Below, in pieces: positions 12,562-23,730 of a stretch of 64,000 nucleotides of DNA. Source of the stretch: an uncultured Actinomycetota bacterium (lineage in GTDB: Bacteria > Actinomycetota > Actinomycetes > Mycobacteriales > SCTD01); NCBI GenBank assembly GCA_963762795.1, contig CAVXMC010000002.1, positions 840,717-904,716 on the forward strand. Direction: 5' to 3'. The notes below the pieces were generated by a model. The model worked only from the letters and a program-made list of their open reading frames with translations. It was not told the origin of the DNA and ran no database searches. Each line of letters opens with the position of its first letter. Within the stretch, counting starts at the first letter, position 1. The translations under genes were made by a program, and so were the position numbers.

Positions 12562-12602
12562 CGCAGCGGGTGCCCGGGCAGCCCGCGTGGCACCCTCTTG
12601 CC

Positions 12603-14219
12603 GTGACTGCGAGCGCTCCCGAGCAGGTCCTGCCGTCCGACGACGACCCCTTCGTCCGCGGCGGGACGGAGCTGCTGGGCGGCCGGCCCGGCTCCCACGC
12701 CCGCCTCGGCGAGCGCCGGTTCTGGCGGCCGGTGCGGTGGATGGTGCTGCTGACGCTGCTCACCTGCGTGCTCGGGCTTCTGGCAGAAGTCGCCGTGCCG
12801 CACCCACCCGTGGGTGGAGGAGTACCAGTACACGCGCGGCTGCTACACCGACGTCTTCGCCCTCTACTTCGCCGAGCGGCTCAGCGACGGCAAGACGCCC
12901 GTACACCGAGTTCCCGGTCGAGTACCCCGTCGTCATCGGCGTCGCCATGAAGGCGGTCGCGGAGGTCGTCGAGGTCTTCCCGGCGGAGGACCGGGCGAAG
13001 CGGTTCTACGACGTCACGTGGCTGCTGCTGACCGCGTGCGCGGTGGCCGTGACCGTGGCCACCTCGCGGCTGGCGGGGCGCCGGCGGGTCTGGGACGCCG
13101 CGCTGTTCGCCGTCGCGCCCGGGCTGCTGCTGCACGGCAGCACCAACTGGGACCTCATCGCCGGCGCCTTCGCCATGCTCGGGCTGCTCGCCTGGGCGAG
13201 GAGGCAACCGGTGCTCGCCGGCGTCCTGCTCGGCGCGGCGACCGCGACCAAGCTCTACCCGGTGCTGTTCCTCATCCCGCTGCTGGTGCTGTGCTTCCGC
13301 GCCGGCAAGCTGCGCGCCTGGCTGCAGGCGGCGGTCGCGCTCGCCATCACCGGCGCGGTGATCGTGCTGCCCGTCTACCTGGTCAGCCCGTCCTTCGCCG
13401 AGCAGGGCGGCACCCAGGTGCAGGTGGCGGGCAGCCCGCTCGACCGGTTCGGCGCACGACGGGCTCGCGGCGCTCAGCCCGCACGTGCAGGTGCCGGACC
13501 CGAGCAACCCCGGCATGACGGTCGAGGGGACCAACGCCGTCTACCGCTTCGTCGAGCTGAACCAGACCCGCGGCGCCGACTGGGACTCCCTCTACTTCGC
13601 GGTCGGCCGGCTGCGGGTCGCCGAGCCCGACAGCACCCTCGACCGCGCCCGCAACAGCGTCATCGGCCTGGTGCTCGACCGCGACCAGGCCCCGGGCGAG
13701 CCGCCGTCGGTGCTCAACCGGGCCGTCGCGCTGAGCTTCGTCCTCTGCCTGGTCGCGCTCGCCGTCCTCATCCTCAAGGCGCCGCGCCGGCCGCGGCTGG
13801 CCGCGCTGCTGTTCCTCACGCTGGTCGCGTTCTCCCTGACCAACAAGGTCTTCAGCCCGCAGTTCGTCATCTGGCTGCTGCCGCTCGCGGTGCTGGCCCG
13901 GCCGCGCTGGGGCCCGTTCCTCGGCTGGCAGGCCACCGAGGCGCTGGTGCTGCTGACCCGCTTCTACTTCTTCGTCGGCAACGACAAGCCGGGCCAGGGC
14001 ATCGACGTGAAGTTCTTCGTCTTCGCCGTCCTGCTGCGCGACCTCGCGCTGGTCCTCTACTCGGCGCTGGTCGTGCGCGACGTCCTGCACCCCGACCGCG
14101 ACGTGGTCCGCCAGGACGGCGTCGACGACCCGGCCGGCGGGGTGCTCGACGGCGCCCCGGACCGGGCCGGCGGCGTCTCCCTGCGCAAGACCGGGGAGCG
14201 CGTCCCGCAGCCGGCGTGA
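12603..14219 (+). CDS. Glycosyltransferase family 87 / DUF2029 membrane protein (Rv0051-like), frameshifted
   Basis: CYTDVFALY, PVEYPV, NWDLI, ATKLYP, TNKVFSPQFVIWL, DVVRQDGVDDPAGGVLDGAPD; follows ponA1. Confidence 0.88.
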
Positions 14220-15328
14220 CCCGCGTCCGGCTCCGCGGCCCCGACGCGGAGGCCCTCGGGCTCTGGGCCGCCAGCCGGGCGGGGCTCGCGCTGCTCACCG
14301 TCGTCGGCGCGTGGACCGTCTCGGGCCGGGCGTCCGGCGACGTGGAGCCCTTCCTCGTGCGCTGGCAGCGCTGGGACGCCAACCTCTTCCGCAAGGTCGC
14401 GGAGCACGGCTACGCCGGCTACCCCGCCGACTACCCGGACCGGGGCATCGAGGGCTTCTTCCCCGGCTACCCGCTGCTGCTGCGGGCGGTGCACGCCGTC
14501 GTCCCGCTGTGGACCCTGTCGGGCCTGCTGATCAGCGCCGTCGCCGGCACGGTCGCCGTCGTCGCGCTGTCGCGGCTGGCCGAGCTCGAGGGCGTGCCGG
14601 GCCGGCGGGCGGTGCTCTACCTGCTGGTCTCCCCGTACGCCGTCTTCCTCGCCGCGGCCTACTCCGAGTCGCTGTTCCTGGCGCTCGCCCTCAGCGGGTG
14701 GCTGGCCGGCCGGCGCGGCCGGTGGGCGCCGGCGGGGGTGCTGGTGGCCCTCGCCTGCGCCGTGCGCGTCAACGGGCTGTTCCTCGCCGTCGCCCTCGTC
14801 GTCCTGTACGCCGGCGCCGTCGGCCGCCCGCGCCGCGACGCGCTCTGGCTGCTGCTCCCGGTGGTGCCACCGGTGGCCTACACGACCTACCTGTGGCGGC
14901 TGACCGGTGACCCGCTGCGCTGGCTGCACGCGCAGGAGGAGGGCTGGGACCGGCGCCTGACCTGGCCCTGGCAGAGCCTGACCGGCACGCTGGACCTGCT
15001 CGGCGACCCGCGCCTGCGCGCCGACTACGCCTGGGCCTTCGCCAGCGAGATCGCCGCGGTGGCCGTCGGGCTGGTGCTGACCGCCGTCCTGCTGCGCCGC
15101 CGCCGCTGGCCCGAGGCGGTCTACGTCGGGCTGTCGGTCGGCGCCCTGGCGACCTCGACCTACTACCTGTCGGTCAGCCGGGCGACGCTGCTGTGGTTCC
15201 CGCTGTGGCTGCTGCTGGCCGGGGCGCTGCGGAGCCGTGCCTGGTTGCACACCGCCTACCTGTGGCTCAGCGGCCCGCTCATGGCGGGGCTCGCGGTGGC
15301 CTACACGAGCGGGGGCTGGATCGGCTGA
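14216..15328 (+). CDS. PIG-V-like mannosyltransferase family membrane protein
   Basis: WQRWDANLF, FFPGYPLL, AAYSESLFLAL, RVNG, WLHAQEEGWDR. Confidence 0.85.
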   Translation: MTRVRLRGPDAEALGLWAASRAGLALLTVVGAWTVSGRASGDVEPFLVRWQRWDANLFRKVAEHGYAGYPADYPDRGIEGFFPGYPLLLRAVHAVVPLWTLSGLLISAVAGTVAVVALSRLAELEGVPGRRAVLYLLVSPYAVFLAAAYSESLFLALALSGWLAGRRGRWAPAGVLVALACAVRVNGLFLAVALVVLYAGAVGRPRRDALWLLLPVVPPVAYTTYLWRLTGDPLRWLHAQEEGWDRRLTWPWQSLTGTLDLLGDPRLRADYAWAFASEIAAVAVGLVLTAVLLRRRRWPEAVYVGLSVGALATSTYYLSVSRATLLWFPLWLLLAGALRSRAWLHTAYLWLSGPLMAGLAVAYTSGGWIG

Positions 15329-15335
15329 GCGGGCC

Positions 15336-17035
15336 TCAGCCGGCGCCGAGGTCGTAGACGGTGACGTCGCCGAGGTCGTGCCTCGTGACCCCGCCCACGT
15401 CCACGGGTCGCCGGGGTGAGGGCCGGCTCGTACGGCGTCCCCGGCAGCAGGCCGTTGACCAGCACCACGCTGCGGACGCCGTACGCGCGGAGGGCAGCGA
15501 CCGCCTCGGGCGAGGGGAACGTCGTGGTGGCCTTGCGCAGCGCGTCGAAGCGCCCCGGCAGGAAGCCGCTGCTGCCGTTCGCGATCTCGGGGAAGCCGGC
15601 GGTCGACCACCACATGGCGGTGTTGTCCTGGTACTCGCTGGTCGGCAGCAGGAGCAGCGGCTGCGCGCGGGCCGCGAGGTCCAGACCGGCCGGGGGCTGC
15701 GTCGGCGCCGGGTAGGGCAGGGTGTCCCGGCCCTCCAGCGTGGCGACCCCCGTGAGGCCCACCGCGACGGCGAGGCCGACCGTCGGGGCGGGCACCAGCG
15801 CGCGCAGCCGGTCGATGCCGGTCGTCGCCAGCAGGCCGAGCGCCAGCCAGCCGAGGGTCACCAGCCGGCCGGGCGTGCGTACGCCCTGCCAGCCGGGCAG
15901 GTGCTCGAAGACCGGCACGTAGGTGAAGCGGCCGCCGGCCGGGCCCATGGTGCCCAGGGCGAGGAGCACGCAGACGCCGACGGTGACGCCGAGCGCGACC
16001 CGTCGGCGCACCGGCATCCGTCCCCACACCAGGCCGAGGACCGCCAGCACGGTGACGGCGAGCCCGGGCGCCAGGGTGTTCTCGGGCGCGAACGGCAGCC
16101 CCTCGCGCTGCTCCCTGGTCGCCTCGCCCCAGGTGGTCGACTCGGCGGGCGCGGTGAGGAACCCGCGCAGCGGCGGGGAGTAGAGCGCCACCGTGGGCAG
16201 GTCGCGGCGGGACTCGGGGAACTCCTCGACCACCGCGTTGTAGGGCACGGACAGGGCGATCCCGCAGGCCAGGAACAGCGCGAGGCCCGAGCGCGTCGGC
16301 GCGCAGCAGGGGCACGTGCACCGGCACGCGGCGCAGCGCGAGCCGGCCGAGCCCGACCAGCGTGAGGATCCCCAGCAGGTAGGCGAACTGCAGCCCGAGA
16401 CCGAAGCCGAGCGAGAGCTGCCAGCAGGCCGTGACCCAGCCGGCCAGGGCCCATCCCGGCCGGACCGGCGCAGGGTCCTCGCCAGGCGGGCGCGACCGGC
16501 CGATCCCGTGGCCGCGGGCCAGCATGGCGAGGGCCAGCGGGATGCCCCCGGACGACAGGATGTTCAGGTGCCCGGACTGGGCGATCCGCCAGGGGTTGAA
16601 GGCGTACGCGACACCGGCGAAGGCCGCGGCGCCGCGGCTGCTGCCGAGCTGGCGCGCCAGCACGTACGTGCCGGCGAACGCGAGCGCGTGGGCGAACAGG
16701 AAGACCACGTTGTAGCGGACCAGTGCGGCCTCGGTGCCGCTGCCGACGAGCCCGAACGGGAAGTAGCCGAGCAGCGAGTCGGAGAAGGCGAGCGGCCGGG
16801 CCAACGGCGAGAAGGTGTTCGCCTCGAACACGGAGCCGGGCTGGGTCTTGACCGCGTGCCCGACCCAGGCCAGCTGCCAGGTCTGCAGCAGCGGGTCGGC
16901 GGTGTCGGTCGACACCGTCGAGCCGGGTGACCGCAGCGCGCCGCGCTTGAGCAGGCAGGTGACGAGGAGGCCGCCGAGGAAGGCGAGCAGCCCCTCGGCG
17001 ACGACGCCCCGCGGGGCCAGGGGGCGGCGCGACAT
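15336..17035 (-). CDS. Polytopic membrane protein, probable GT-C-fold glycosyltransferase-like (frameshifted)
   Basis: DTADPLLQTWQLAWVGH, NTFSP, AFSDSLLGY, AYAFNPWR, GVRTPGR, ANGSSGFLP; function is inference. Confidence 0.65.
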
Positions 17036-17095
17036 GCGCGGCACCCTAGTCGGCGGCCGCTGCCGCCCCGGGACCTCCCGACTAGGGTCGCGCGG

Positions 17096-18335
17096 GTGTC
17101 CTACCCGATCCCGGAGCCGGCCGTGACGGCGCCGGCGGGTCCCCCGCCCACGGCCCTGCCGAGCTGGCGTGCGGCGCTCGCCTACTGCCTGCGCGTCTAC
17201 CTCGTCGTCCGGACCGGGCTGTTCGTGCTCGGACTGCTGGTCACCGGGCTGCTGCCCCAGAACCAGCGCGTCGGCGTGCCCGGGTGGGACGCGCCGCCGA
17301 TCCAGCCGGGCTGGCACAACCTCGTCACCGCCTGGGAGCGGTCCGACGCCCTCTGGTACCTGCGCATCGCGCAGCGACGGCTACCGCGGCGACGACAGCA
17401 GCGGGGCCTTCTTCCCGCTCTACCCGGCCCTCGTCCGGCTGGTCTCCCTGCCGCTGGGCGGCGCACACGAGCTGCTGTCGGCGTACGTCGTGTCGAACGT
17501 CGCGCTCGTGGCCGGGCTGGTCGTGCTCTACCGCCTCACGGCGCTCGAGCTGTCGGAGTCGGCCGCGCGTCGTGCGGTGCTCTACCTGTGCGTCTTCCCG
17601 ACGGGCTTCTTCCTGTTCGCGCCCTACACCGAGTCGCTGTTCCTGGCGCTGACCGTCGGCGCGCTGTACGCCGCGCGACGGCGCGCCTGGGCGGCCGCCG
17701 CGGGCCTGGCCGTGCTCGCCGCGCTGACGCGGAGCCCGGGCGTGCTGCTCGCCCTCCCGCTCGCGGTGGAGGCCCTGCTGCAGGAGCGGGAGAGCCCCGG
17801 TGAGCTGCGGCAGCGGGCGCTGCGCCTGACCGGCAGGCTGGCCGCGTCGGCGGCGGCGGGACTCGGGCTGCTCGCCTACCTGTCCTACTGGGAGCTGTCC
17901 GGCAAGGGCGACTTCCTGCGCCCGCTGGACCTGCAGCGGAGCGGCTTCTCCAAGGAGAGCTCGACGCCCTGGGAGACCGTCGTCGACGGGACCCGGATCG
18001 CGTTCCAGTTCCCCGGCCAGTCCCCCGGCGGCTACTTCGCGCTGGACTGGATCGTGCTGGTGGTGCTCGCCGCTGCCGGCGTCTGGGTCGCCTGGCGGCT
18101 GCGCCCCACCTGGTCGGTCTACCTGTGGGTCAGCCTGCTCTTCCCGCTGTTCCTGCAGTTCCCGGGTCGGCCGCTGCTGTCGCTGCCGCGGATCTACCTC
18201 GTCGTCTTCCCGATGGTGTGGGCGCTCAGCCGGCTGGCGGAGCGCTTCCGCGCGCACGACGCGGTGCTCGGGGTCTCGGCCGCCCTCATGGGGCTGTGCG
18301 CGGCGCTGTTCGTCAGCAGCTACCCGCTGTTCTGA
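17096..18335 (+). CDS. Second PIG-V-like mannosyltransferase family protein (frameshift near 17372)
   Basis: WERSDALWYLRIA, GAFFPLYPAL, FPTGFFLFAPYTESLFLAL, TRSPG, SLPRI. Confidence 0.85.
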
Positions 18336-19728
18336 GCCAGCCCCACCAGCGGCAGCCCGACCTCCACCACGCCTGTACGCCGGGCGACCGGGTGGTAGCC
18401 GTCGTCGGCCACGACGGTCCAGGTGTAGCGACCGGGCAGCGCCGGCAGCAGCGACGGCAGCCCGCCGGTGCTGCGGCTGCCCCCTGGCACCGGTGCCAGG
18501 CCGTCCCACTCCAGCCGGGCCTGCCCCGACGCGCCCTGGGCGTTGGCCACGACCTCGCCGTCGCTGTTGCGCAGGGCGACCCGCCAGGTCGTGCTGCCCG
18601 AGAGCCGGCCGGTCAGCTGGAAGGGGGTCGGGGCGTGCACGGGTGCGCCGGCGAGGTCGACCGACAGGATCCGCGGCGCCGGCCCCAGCAGGGTGGCCGC
18701 CCCGCGGCGGACGTCGCCGAGCCGGTCCTGCAGCACGCCGGGGCACGAGGTCTGCCCGGTCTCCTGGTGACCGAAGACGCGGGACAGCCGGAGCCGTGCG
18801 CCCGCGCGCGTAGCGCGGTGACCCACCGCTGCGCAGGCTCACGCTGCTCTGCGGGTCGAAGCGCCAGGTCGCCGCGGCGAAGGCGACCACCCGGGACAGC
18901 GCGCGCACCGCGGCCGGTGGTGCGTCGGCGCGGGTGTAGTCACCCAGGACCGAGACGCCGAGCGTGCCGGTGTTGAAGCCCTGGGCGTGCGCCCCGACGG
19001 TCGCCCGGGTCACCCCGCCGGCCCGGCCCTGCCAGACCCGGCCGAAGCGGTCGACGACGAGGTTGTAGCCGAGGTCGGACCAGCCGCGCGACCGCACGTG
19101 GTAGGCGTAGTCGGCCCGGATGATCGAGGGCACCTCGGCCGGCGCTGTAGCCGTTGCGCCCGGCGGTGTGGTGCACGACCACCGCCGAGACGCGGGACGC
19201 GTAGGACGGGCTGCCGCGGCGCAGCGACTCGTCGGCGCCCCAGTCGGCCCGGCTGGCCACCTCGCCGAGCAGCCCGGTGGCGGTCGACGCCGACGCGGGG
19301 GACGCGCCCCACGACCGGGAGGTGCGCGCGGCGCCGTCGGAGACCCGCACGAGCCGCAGGCCGCGGGCCGTGCCGGTGACCTCGACCTGCGCGGCCGTCG
19401 CGCCGTCCGGGCGCCACAGCGGCTCGGTGCCGGGCCGGGTCGCGACGGTCTCGGCGTCCGCGTCGCCGGTGTCCTGCTCGGCCCGCTGCCAGGCCGTCCA
19501 GCCGGCCGGCGTCAGCCACCGGGCCCGTACGTCCGCCGCGCCGGACTCCCAGGTGACCCCGACCAGGCGCTCGCCGGCCAGCGACGCGGTCGTCGTGCCG
19601 AGGCTCAGCAGGGCGTCCCGCACGACGGGGGTGACGACGCTGACCGGGGCGGGGGCGGCCAGCGACGGCAGCGCCGGCGCGAGCAGGGCGGCGGCCAGCA
19701 GGACGGCCGAGCGGCGCAAGGTGGGCAC
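18320..19728 (-). CDS. Secreted N-acetylmuramoyl-L-alanine amidase (Amidase_2/PGRP-like) with C-terminal FlgD-like Ig domain (frameshifts)
   Basis: Signal peptide; SRADWGADES, VVHHTAG, RGWSDLGYN, GAHAQGFN, GHQETGQTSCPG; C-terminal LEWDG...PGRYTW. Confidence 0.85.
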
Positions 19729-19931
19729 GGACGGGCCTCTCGAGCTGGGTCGGGACGTGCAGGACGGACCCCGACCGGGGTGCGGCGAAGGGTGCACCAG
19801 AGGGGCGACCGCGACAAGGGGCCCATCTCGGGGCGCCGGGCGCCGGGTCGCACCCGCGTGGCACCGTCCGCAGGAGAACGCCCCCCGCACGACGAACACG
19901 TCCAGCACCCGTCCCACCGTCTGGAGCTCCC

Positions 19932-22643
19932 GTGCCGTCCCTCCGCCGTCCCGCGCTGCCCGCCGCGGTCCTCGCCGCCGCCCTCCTCGGAGCGCTCGCG
20001 GTGCCCGCGCTCGGGGCGGCGACCGCGCCGCCGACCGCCGAGGAGCGCGCCGCCCAGCCGGACGCCGGCGCGGTGCTCAACGTCCTGCCGCCCGGCAGCA
20101 ACGGCAGCACGACGGCGACCGACGCGGCGGCGTTCGAGGCGGCCGGGACCCGTCCGGCCAACAGCGTCGACCAGCTCGAGATGTACGACGCCCTCAACAA
20201 GCTCGGCACCAACACCCTCACCGAGGCCGAGCTCACGACGTACTTCAAGGACGGCGCGCTCGGCGTCGACCCGAAGGACGTCGTGCGCACGTACGCCCCG
20301 CGCGACGGCGTCACGGTCCTGCGCGACAAGGCGGGGGTGCCGCACGTCTACGGCACGACGTACGAGAACACGCTGTTCGGCGCCGGCTACGTCGGCACCG
20401 AGGACCGGATGTTCCTCACCGACGTGCTGCGCCACACCGGCGCGGCCCGGATGGCGGAGTTCCTCGGCCCGTCCGAGGCCAACATCGAGATGGACCGCGA
20501 GCAGCTCAAGGCCGCCGCCTACACCCGCGAGGAGGCGGCCGCGCAGATCACGGCCCTGCCGAAGCGGTTCGGCGCCGAGGGGCAGAAGCTGGTCGACGGC
20601 ATCGACGACTTCGTCGCCGGCATCAACGCCGCGCAGGACGCGCTCTGCCCGGTGCTGACCGCCCCGACCTGCCCGGCGGAGTACGCCGCGCTGCAGCAGC
20701 TGCCGACCGACTACGAGCCGGCCGACATCGTCTTCATCGCCTCGCTGGTCGGCGGGATCTTCGGCAAGGGCGGCGGCGGCGAGGACGTCAACGCCGAGTA
20801 CCTGCAGAAGCTGACCAAGGCCTACGGCCAGGTCAACGGGCGCAAGCTGTTCGAGGACATCCGGGAGCGCGACGACCCGGAGGCCCCGACCACGATCCCC
20901 ACCCGCTTCCCGTACGACGTCCCCGGCACCGTCGACCCCGCCTCGGTGGCGCTGCCTGCGCTCGGTGCCCCGACCGCGCCCGGCACCGGCGACCCGGTCG
21001 GGGCGACCACGGCCCGCGCCTCCTCGCTGCCCGACGTCGTCGACGGCCCGCTCGGCCCGATCGACCTGGGTCGCGGGCTGAAGGCCCACGGCATGAGCAA
21101 CGCGCTCGTCGTCGCCGGCTCGAAGACCGCGACCGGACGCCCGCTCGCCGTCTTCGGCCCGCAGACCGGCTACTTCGCGCCGCAGCTGCTCACCGAGGTG
21201 GACCTCAACGGTCCGGGCATCGCCGCCCGTGGCGTGTCCTTCGCCGGCACCCAGGCCGTGGTGCAGCTCGGCCACGGCGTCGACTACGCCTGGTCGGCCA
21301 CCTCCGCCGGCGCCGACCTCGTCGACGTGCTGGCCGAGCGGCTGTGCAACGTCGACGGCACCCGGGCCACGATCCAGAGCACCGCGTACCTGGTCGGCAC
21401 GACCTGCACGCCGTTCGACGCCTACACCCACACCGAGCTGGCCAAGCCCAGTGCCGGCGGCACCGGCGCTCCGCAGCGCCTGGACTTCCTCGTCCAGCGC
21501 ACGCGCCACGGCATCGTGCAGAAGCGCACCACCACGGTCGCCGGCGTGCCGATCGCGCTGGTCTCGCAGCGGTCCACGTACGGCGCGGAGTTCGACTCCG
21601 TCGTCGGCTTCGCGCGCATCAACAACCCGGACTACGTGAAGAGCGCCGAGGACTTCAAGCGCGCGTTCGCCGGGGTCGACTACACGTTCAACTGGTTCTA
21701 CCTGGACGACAAGGACATCGCCTACGTCCAGAGCGGCCGGCTGCCGCTGCGCGCGCCCGGCGTCGACCCGGCGCTGCCCCGCTTCGGCGACACCCGGTGG
21801 GACTGGCGCGGCTTCCTGCCCGACGCCGGCCACCCGCAGGCGACCAACCCGCCGGCCGGCTACCTCGTCAACTGGAACAACAAGAGCGCGCCCGGCTTCT
21901 CGGCCGCCGACAACCAGTACGGCTACGGGTCGATCTACCGCTCGCTGTCGCTGGAGGAGCGGGTGCTCTACCGCCTGCGCGGCGGCAAGAAGATCACCAA
22001 GGTCGGCCTGGTCGACGCGATGCAGGACGCCGCGACCGTCGACGTCCGCGGCAAGCAGCTGCTGCCCGAGCTGCTCGCCGTGCTCGGTGACGACCCCGCC
22101 CAGCGCCCGACCCTCGCCCTGCTGCGCGAGTGGCTGCGCAACGGCGCCCACCGCGTCGACCGCGCGCGCACCGGCGCCTACACCGGCCAGGCCGCCATCG
22201 CCGTCTTCGACGCCTGGTACGAGGACGCCGCCCGCACCGTCTTCCGCGGCGCCATCGGCCCGCTGGCGGAGGCGGTCCCTGGCCGCCTCGACGACCACCC
22301 GCGGCTCGGGCTCGGCTCCGCCTTCAACGGCGTGGGCTGGTACGGCTACGTCGACAAGGACCTGCGCCAGGTGCTCGGGCAGAAGGTCGCGGGCCGCTAC
22401 TCCCGCACCTACTGCGGCGCCGGCTCGCTGGCCCGCTGCCGCGCCGACCTGCGCGCGTCGCTGTCCCGCTCGGTCGCCGCGGCGCTCAAGGCGCAGCAGG
22501 TCTCCTCCGTCGGCGCGCTGACCTACGACAAGAAGCTCGACAACATCCGCTCGGTGACCGCCGGCATCGTCGGCGTGCCGGAGATCGACTGGCAGAACCG
22601 GCCGACCTTCCAGCAGGTCGTCCAGTTCACGAAGCACCGCTAG
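19932..22643 (+). CDS. Penicillin acylase (Ntn-hydrolase, peptidase S45) family secreted protein
   Basis: Intact 903-aa ORF; RDKAGVPHVYG, GM|SNALVV nucleophile, GPQTGYFAPQ, NWNNK, WQNRPTFQQVV. Confidence 0.92.
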   Translation: MPSLRRPALPAAVLAAALLGALAVPALGAATAPPTAEERAAQPDAGAVLNVLPPGSNGSTTATDAAAFEAAGTRPANSVDQLEMYDALNKLGTNTLTEAELTTYFKDGALGVDPKDVVRTYAPRDGVTVLRDKAGVPHVYGTTYENTLFGAGYVGTEDRMFLTDVLRHTGAARMAEFLGPSEANIEMDREQLKAAAYTREEAAAQITALPKRFGAEGQKLVDGIDDFVAGINAAQDALCPVLTAPTCPAEYAALQQLPTDYEPADIVFIASLVGGIFGKGGGGEDVNAEYLQKLTKAYGQVNGRKLFEDIRERDDPEAPTTIPTRFPYDVPGTVDPASVALPALGAPTAPGTGDPVGATTARASSLPDVVDGPLGPIDLGRGLKAHGMSNALVVAGSKTATGRPLAVFGPQTGYFAPQLLTEVDLNGPGIAARGVSFAGTQAVVQLGHGVDYAWSATSAGADLVDVLAERLCNVDGTRATIQSTAYLVGTTCTPFDAYTHTELAKPSAGGTGAPQRLDFLVQRTRHGIVQKRTTTVAGVPIALVSQRSTYGAEFDSVVGFARINNPDYVKSAEDFKRAFAGVDYTFNWFYLDDKDIAYVQSGRLPLRAPGVDPALPRFGDTRWDWRGFLPDAGHPQATNPPAGYLVNWNNKSAPGFSAADNQYGYGSIYRSLSLEERVLYRLRGGKKITKVGLVDAMQDAATVDVRGKQLLPELLAVLGDDPAQRPTLALLREWLRNGAHRVDRARTGAYTGQAAIAVFDAWYEDAARTVFRGAIGPLAEAVPGRLDDHPRLGLGSAFNGVGWYGYVDKDLRQVLGQKVAGRYSRTYCGAGSLARCRADLRASLSRSVAAALKAQQVSSVGALTYDKKLDNIRSVTAGIVGVPEIDWQNRPTFQQVVQFTKHR

Positions 22644-22666
22644 CAGGCGCGTCTCGTCCGCCGCCC

Positions 22667-22886
22667 GCGACTTCCCCAGGGTTCTGGTCGTCGCGCCGGC
22701 GTGTCGCGTACGGCAGCCCTGGGGAAGTCGCCGACGCCCGGGACGTCCCCTGCCGCAGCACATGATCCCGCGGTCGCTCGCTGTGCTGTCGCAGGGGAGG
22801 TCGCGTCGGGCGTGCGACCGGAGCCGACTTCCCCTGCCGCAGCACCTCCGCGAGCCGCCCGTACGTGTGCTCCCGCAGGGGAGGTG
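22667..22886. repeat. Three tandem long-spacer inverted-repeat modules (REP/REPIN-like)
   Basis: GCGACTTCCCCAGGG...CCCTGGGGAAGTCGC; GACGTCCCCTGCCGCAGCACA...TGTGCTGTCGCAGGGGAGGTC; GACTTCCCCTGCCGCAGCAC...GTGCTCCCGCAGGGGAGGT. Confidence 0.75.
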
Positions 22887-22889
22887 CGG

Positions 22890-23653
22890 CTAGGCGGGCA
22901 GGCGGTCGCGCAGGAACGCGATGTCGGCGGCCTGGCCGTCGACGCCGCCCGGGCGTCTCGCACACGACGGGCGCGCCCGGCCGCCGCGACGACGGCGACG
23001 AGCACGTCCGGGTCGATCTGCCCCGTACCGAAGTTGGCGTGCCGGTCGGCGCCGCTGTCGAAGGCGTCGCGCGAGTCGTTGGCGTGCACCAGGTCGATGC
23101 GCCCGGTGATGGCGAGCACCCGCTCGACCACGTCGACCAGCTCCTCGCCGCCGGCGTGCGCGTGGCAGGTGTCGAGGCAGAAGCCGACGCCCTCGAACCC
23201 GCCGACCGCGTCCCACAGCCGGGCGATCGCGTCGAGCTTGCGGGCCATCGCGAGGTCGCCCCCGGCGGTGTTCTCGATGAGCACCGGCAGCGGCCGCTCC
23301 ATGCGCTCGAACGTCTTGACCCAGTTGTCGACGCCGGTCTGCGGGTCGTCGCCCTTGAGCACGTGACCGCCGTGCACGATCAGGCCCTTGGCGCCGAGCT
23401 TGGCCGCCGCGTCGGCGTGCTGGGTCAGCAGCTTGCGCGACGGGATGCGGATGCGGTTGTTGCCCGTGGCGACGTTCAGCACGTACGGCGCGTGCACGTA
23501 GAGGTCGACGCCCTCGTCCGGCGACACGTCCGGCACGACCGGTGCCTTCCACCCCTGCGGGTCACCCAGGAAGAACTGCACGAGGTCGGCGCCGCGCGCG
23601 CGGGCCTCGCCCAGCGGGTCGGCCTGGTCGACGTGGGCTCCGATGCTCAGCAC
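22890..23653 (-). CDS. nfo: Deoxyribonuclease IV / AP endonuclease 2 family (frameshift near C-terminus)
   Basis: IGAHV, HAPYVLN, IVHGGH, IENTAG, CLDTCH, HANDSRD...DRH; conserved upstream of rpsF. Confidence 0.85.
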
Positions 23654-23730
23654 CGGACCACCGTAGGTCTCACCTGCGACAGCCCGGCAGGGGTGGAGGC
23701 GCCGGCGGCGAAGAAGGCAGTATGGGACGC

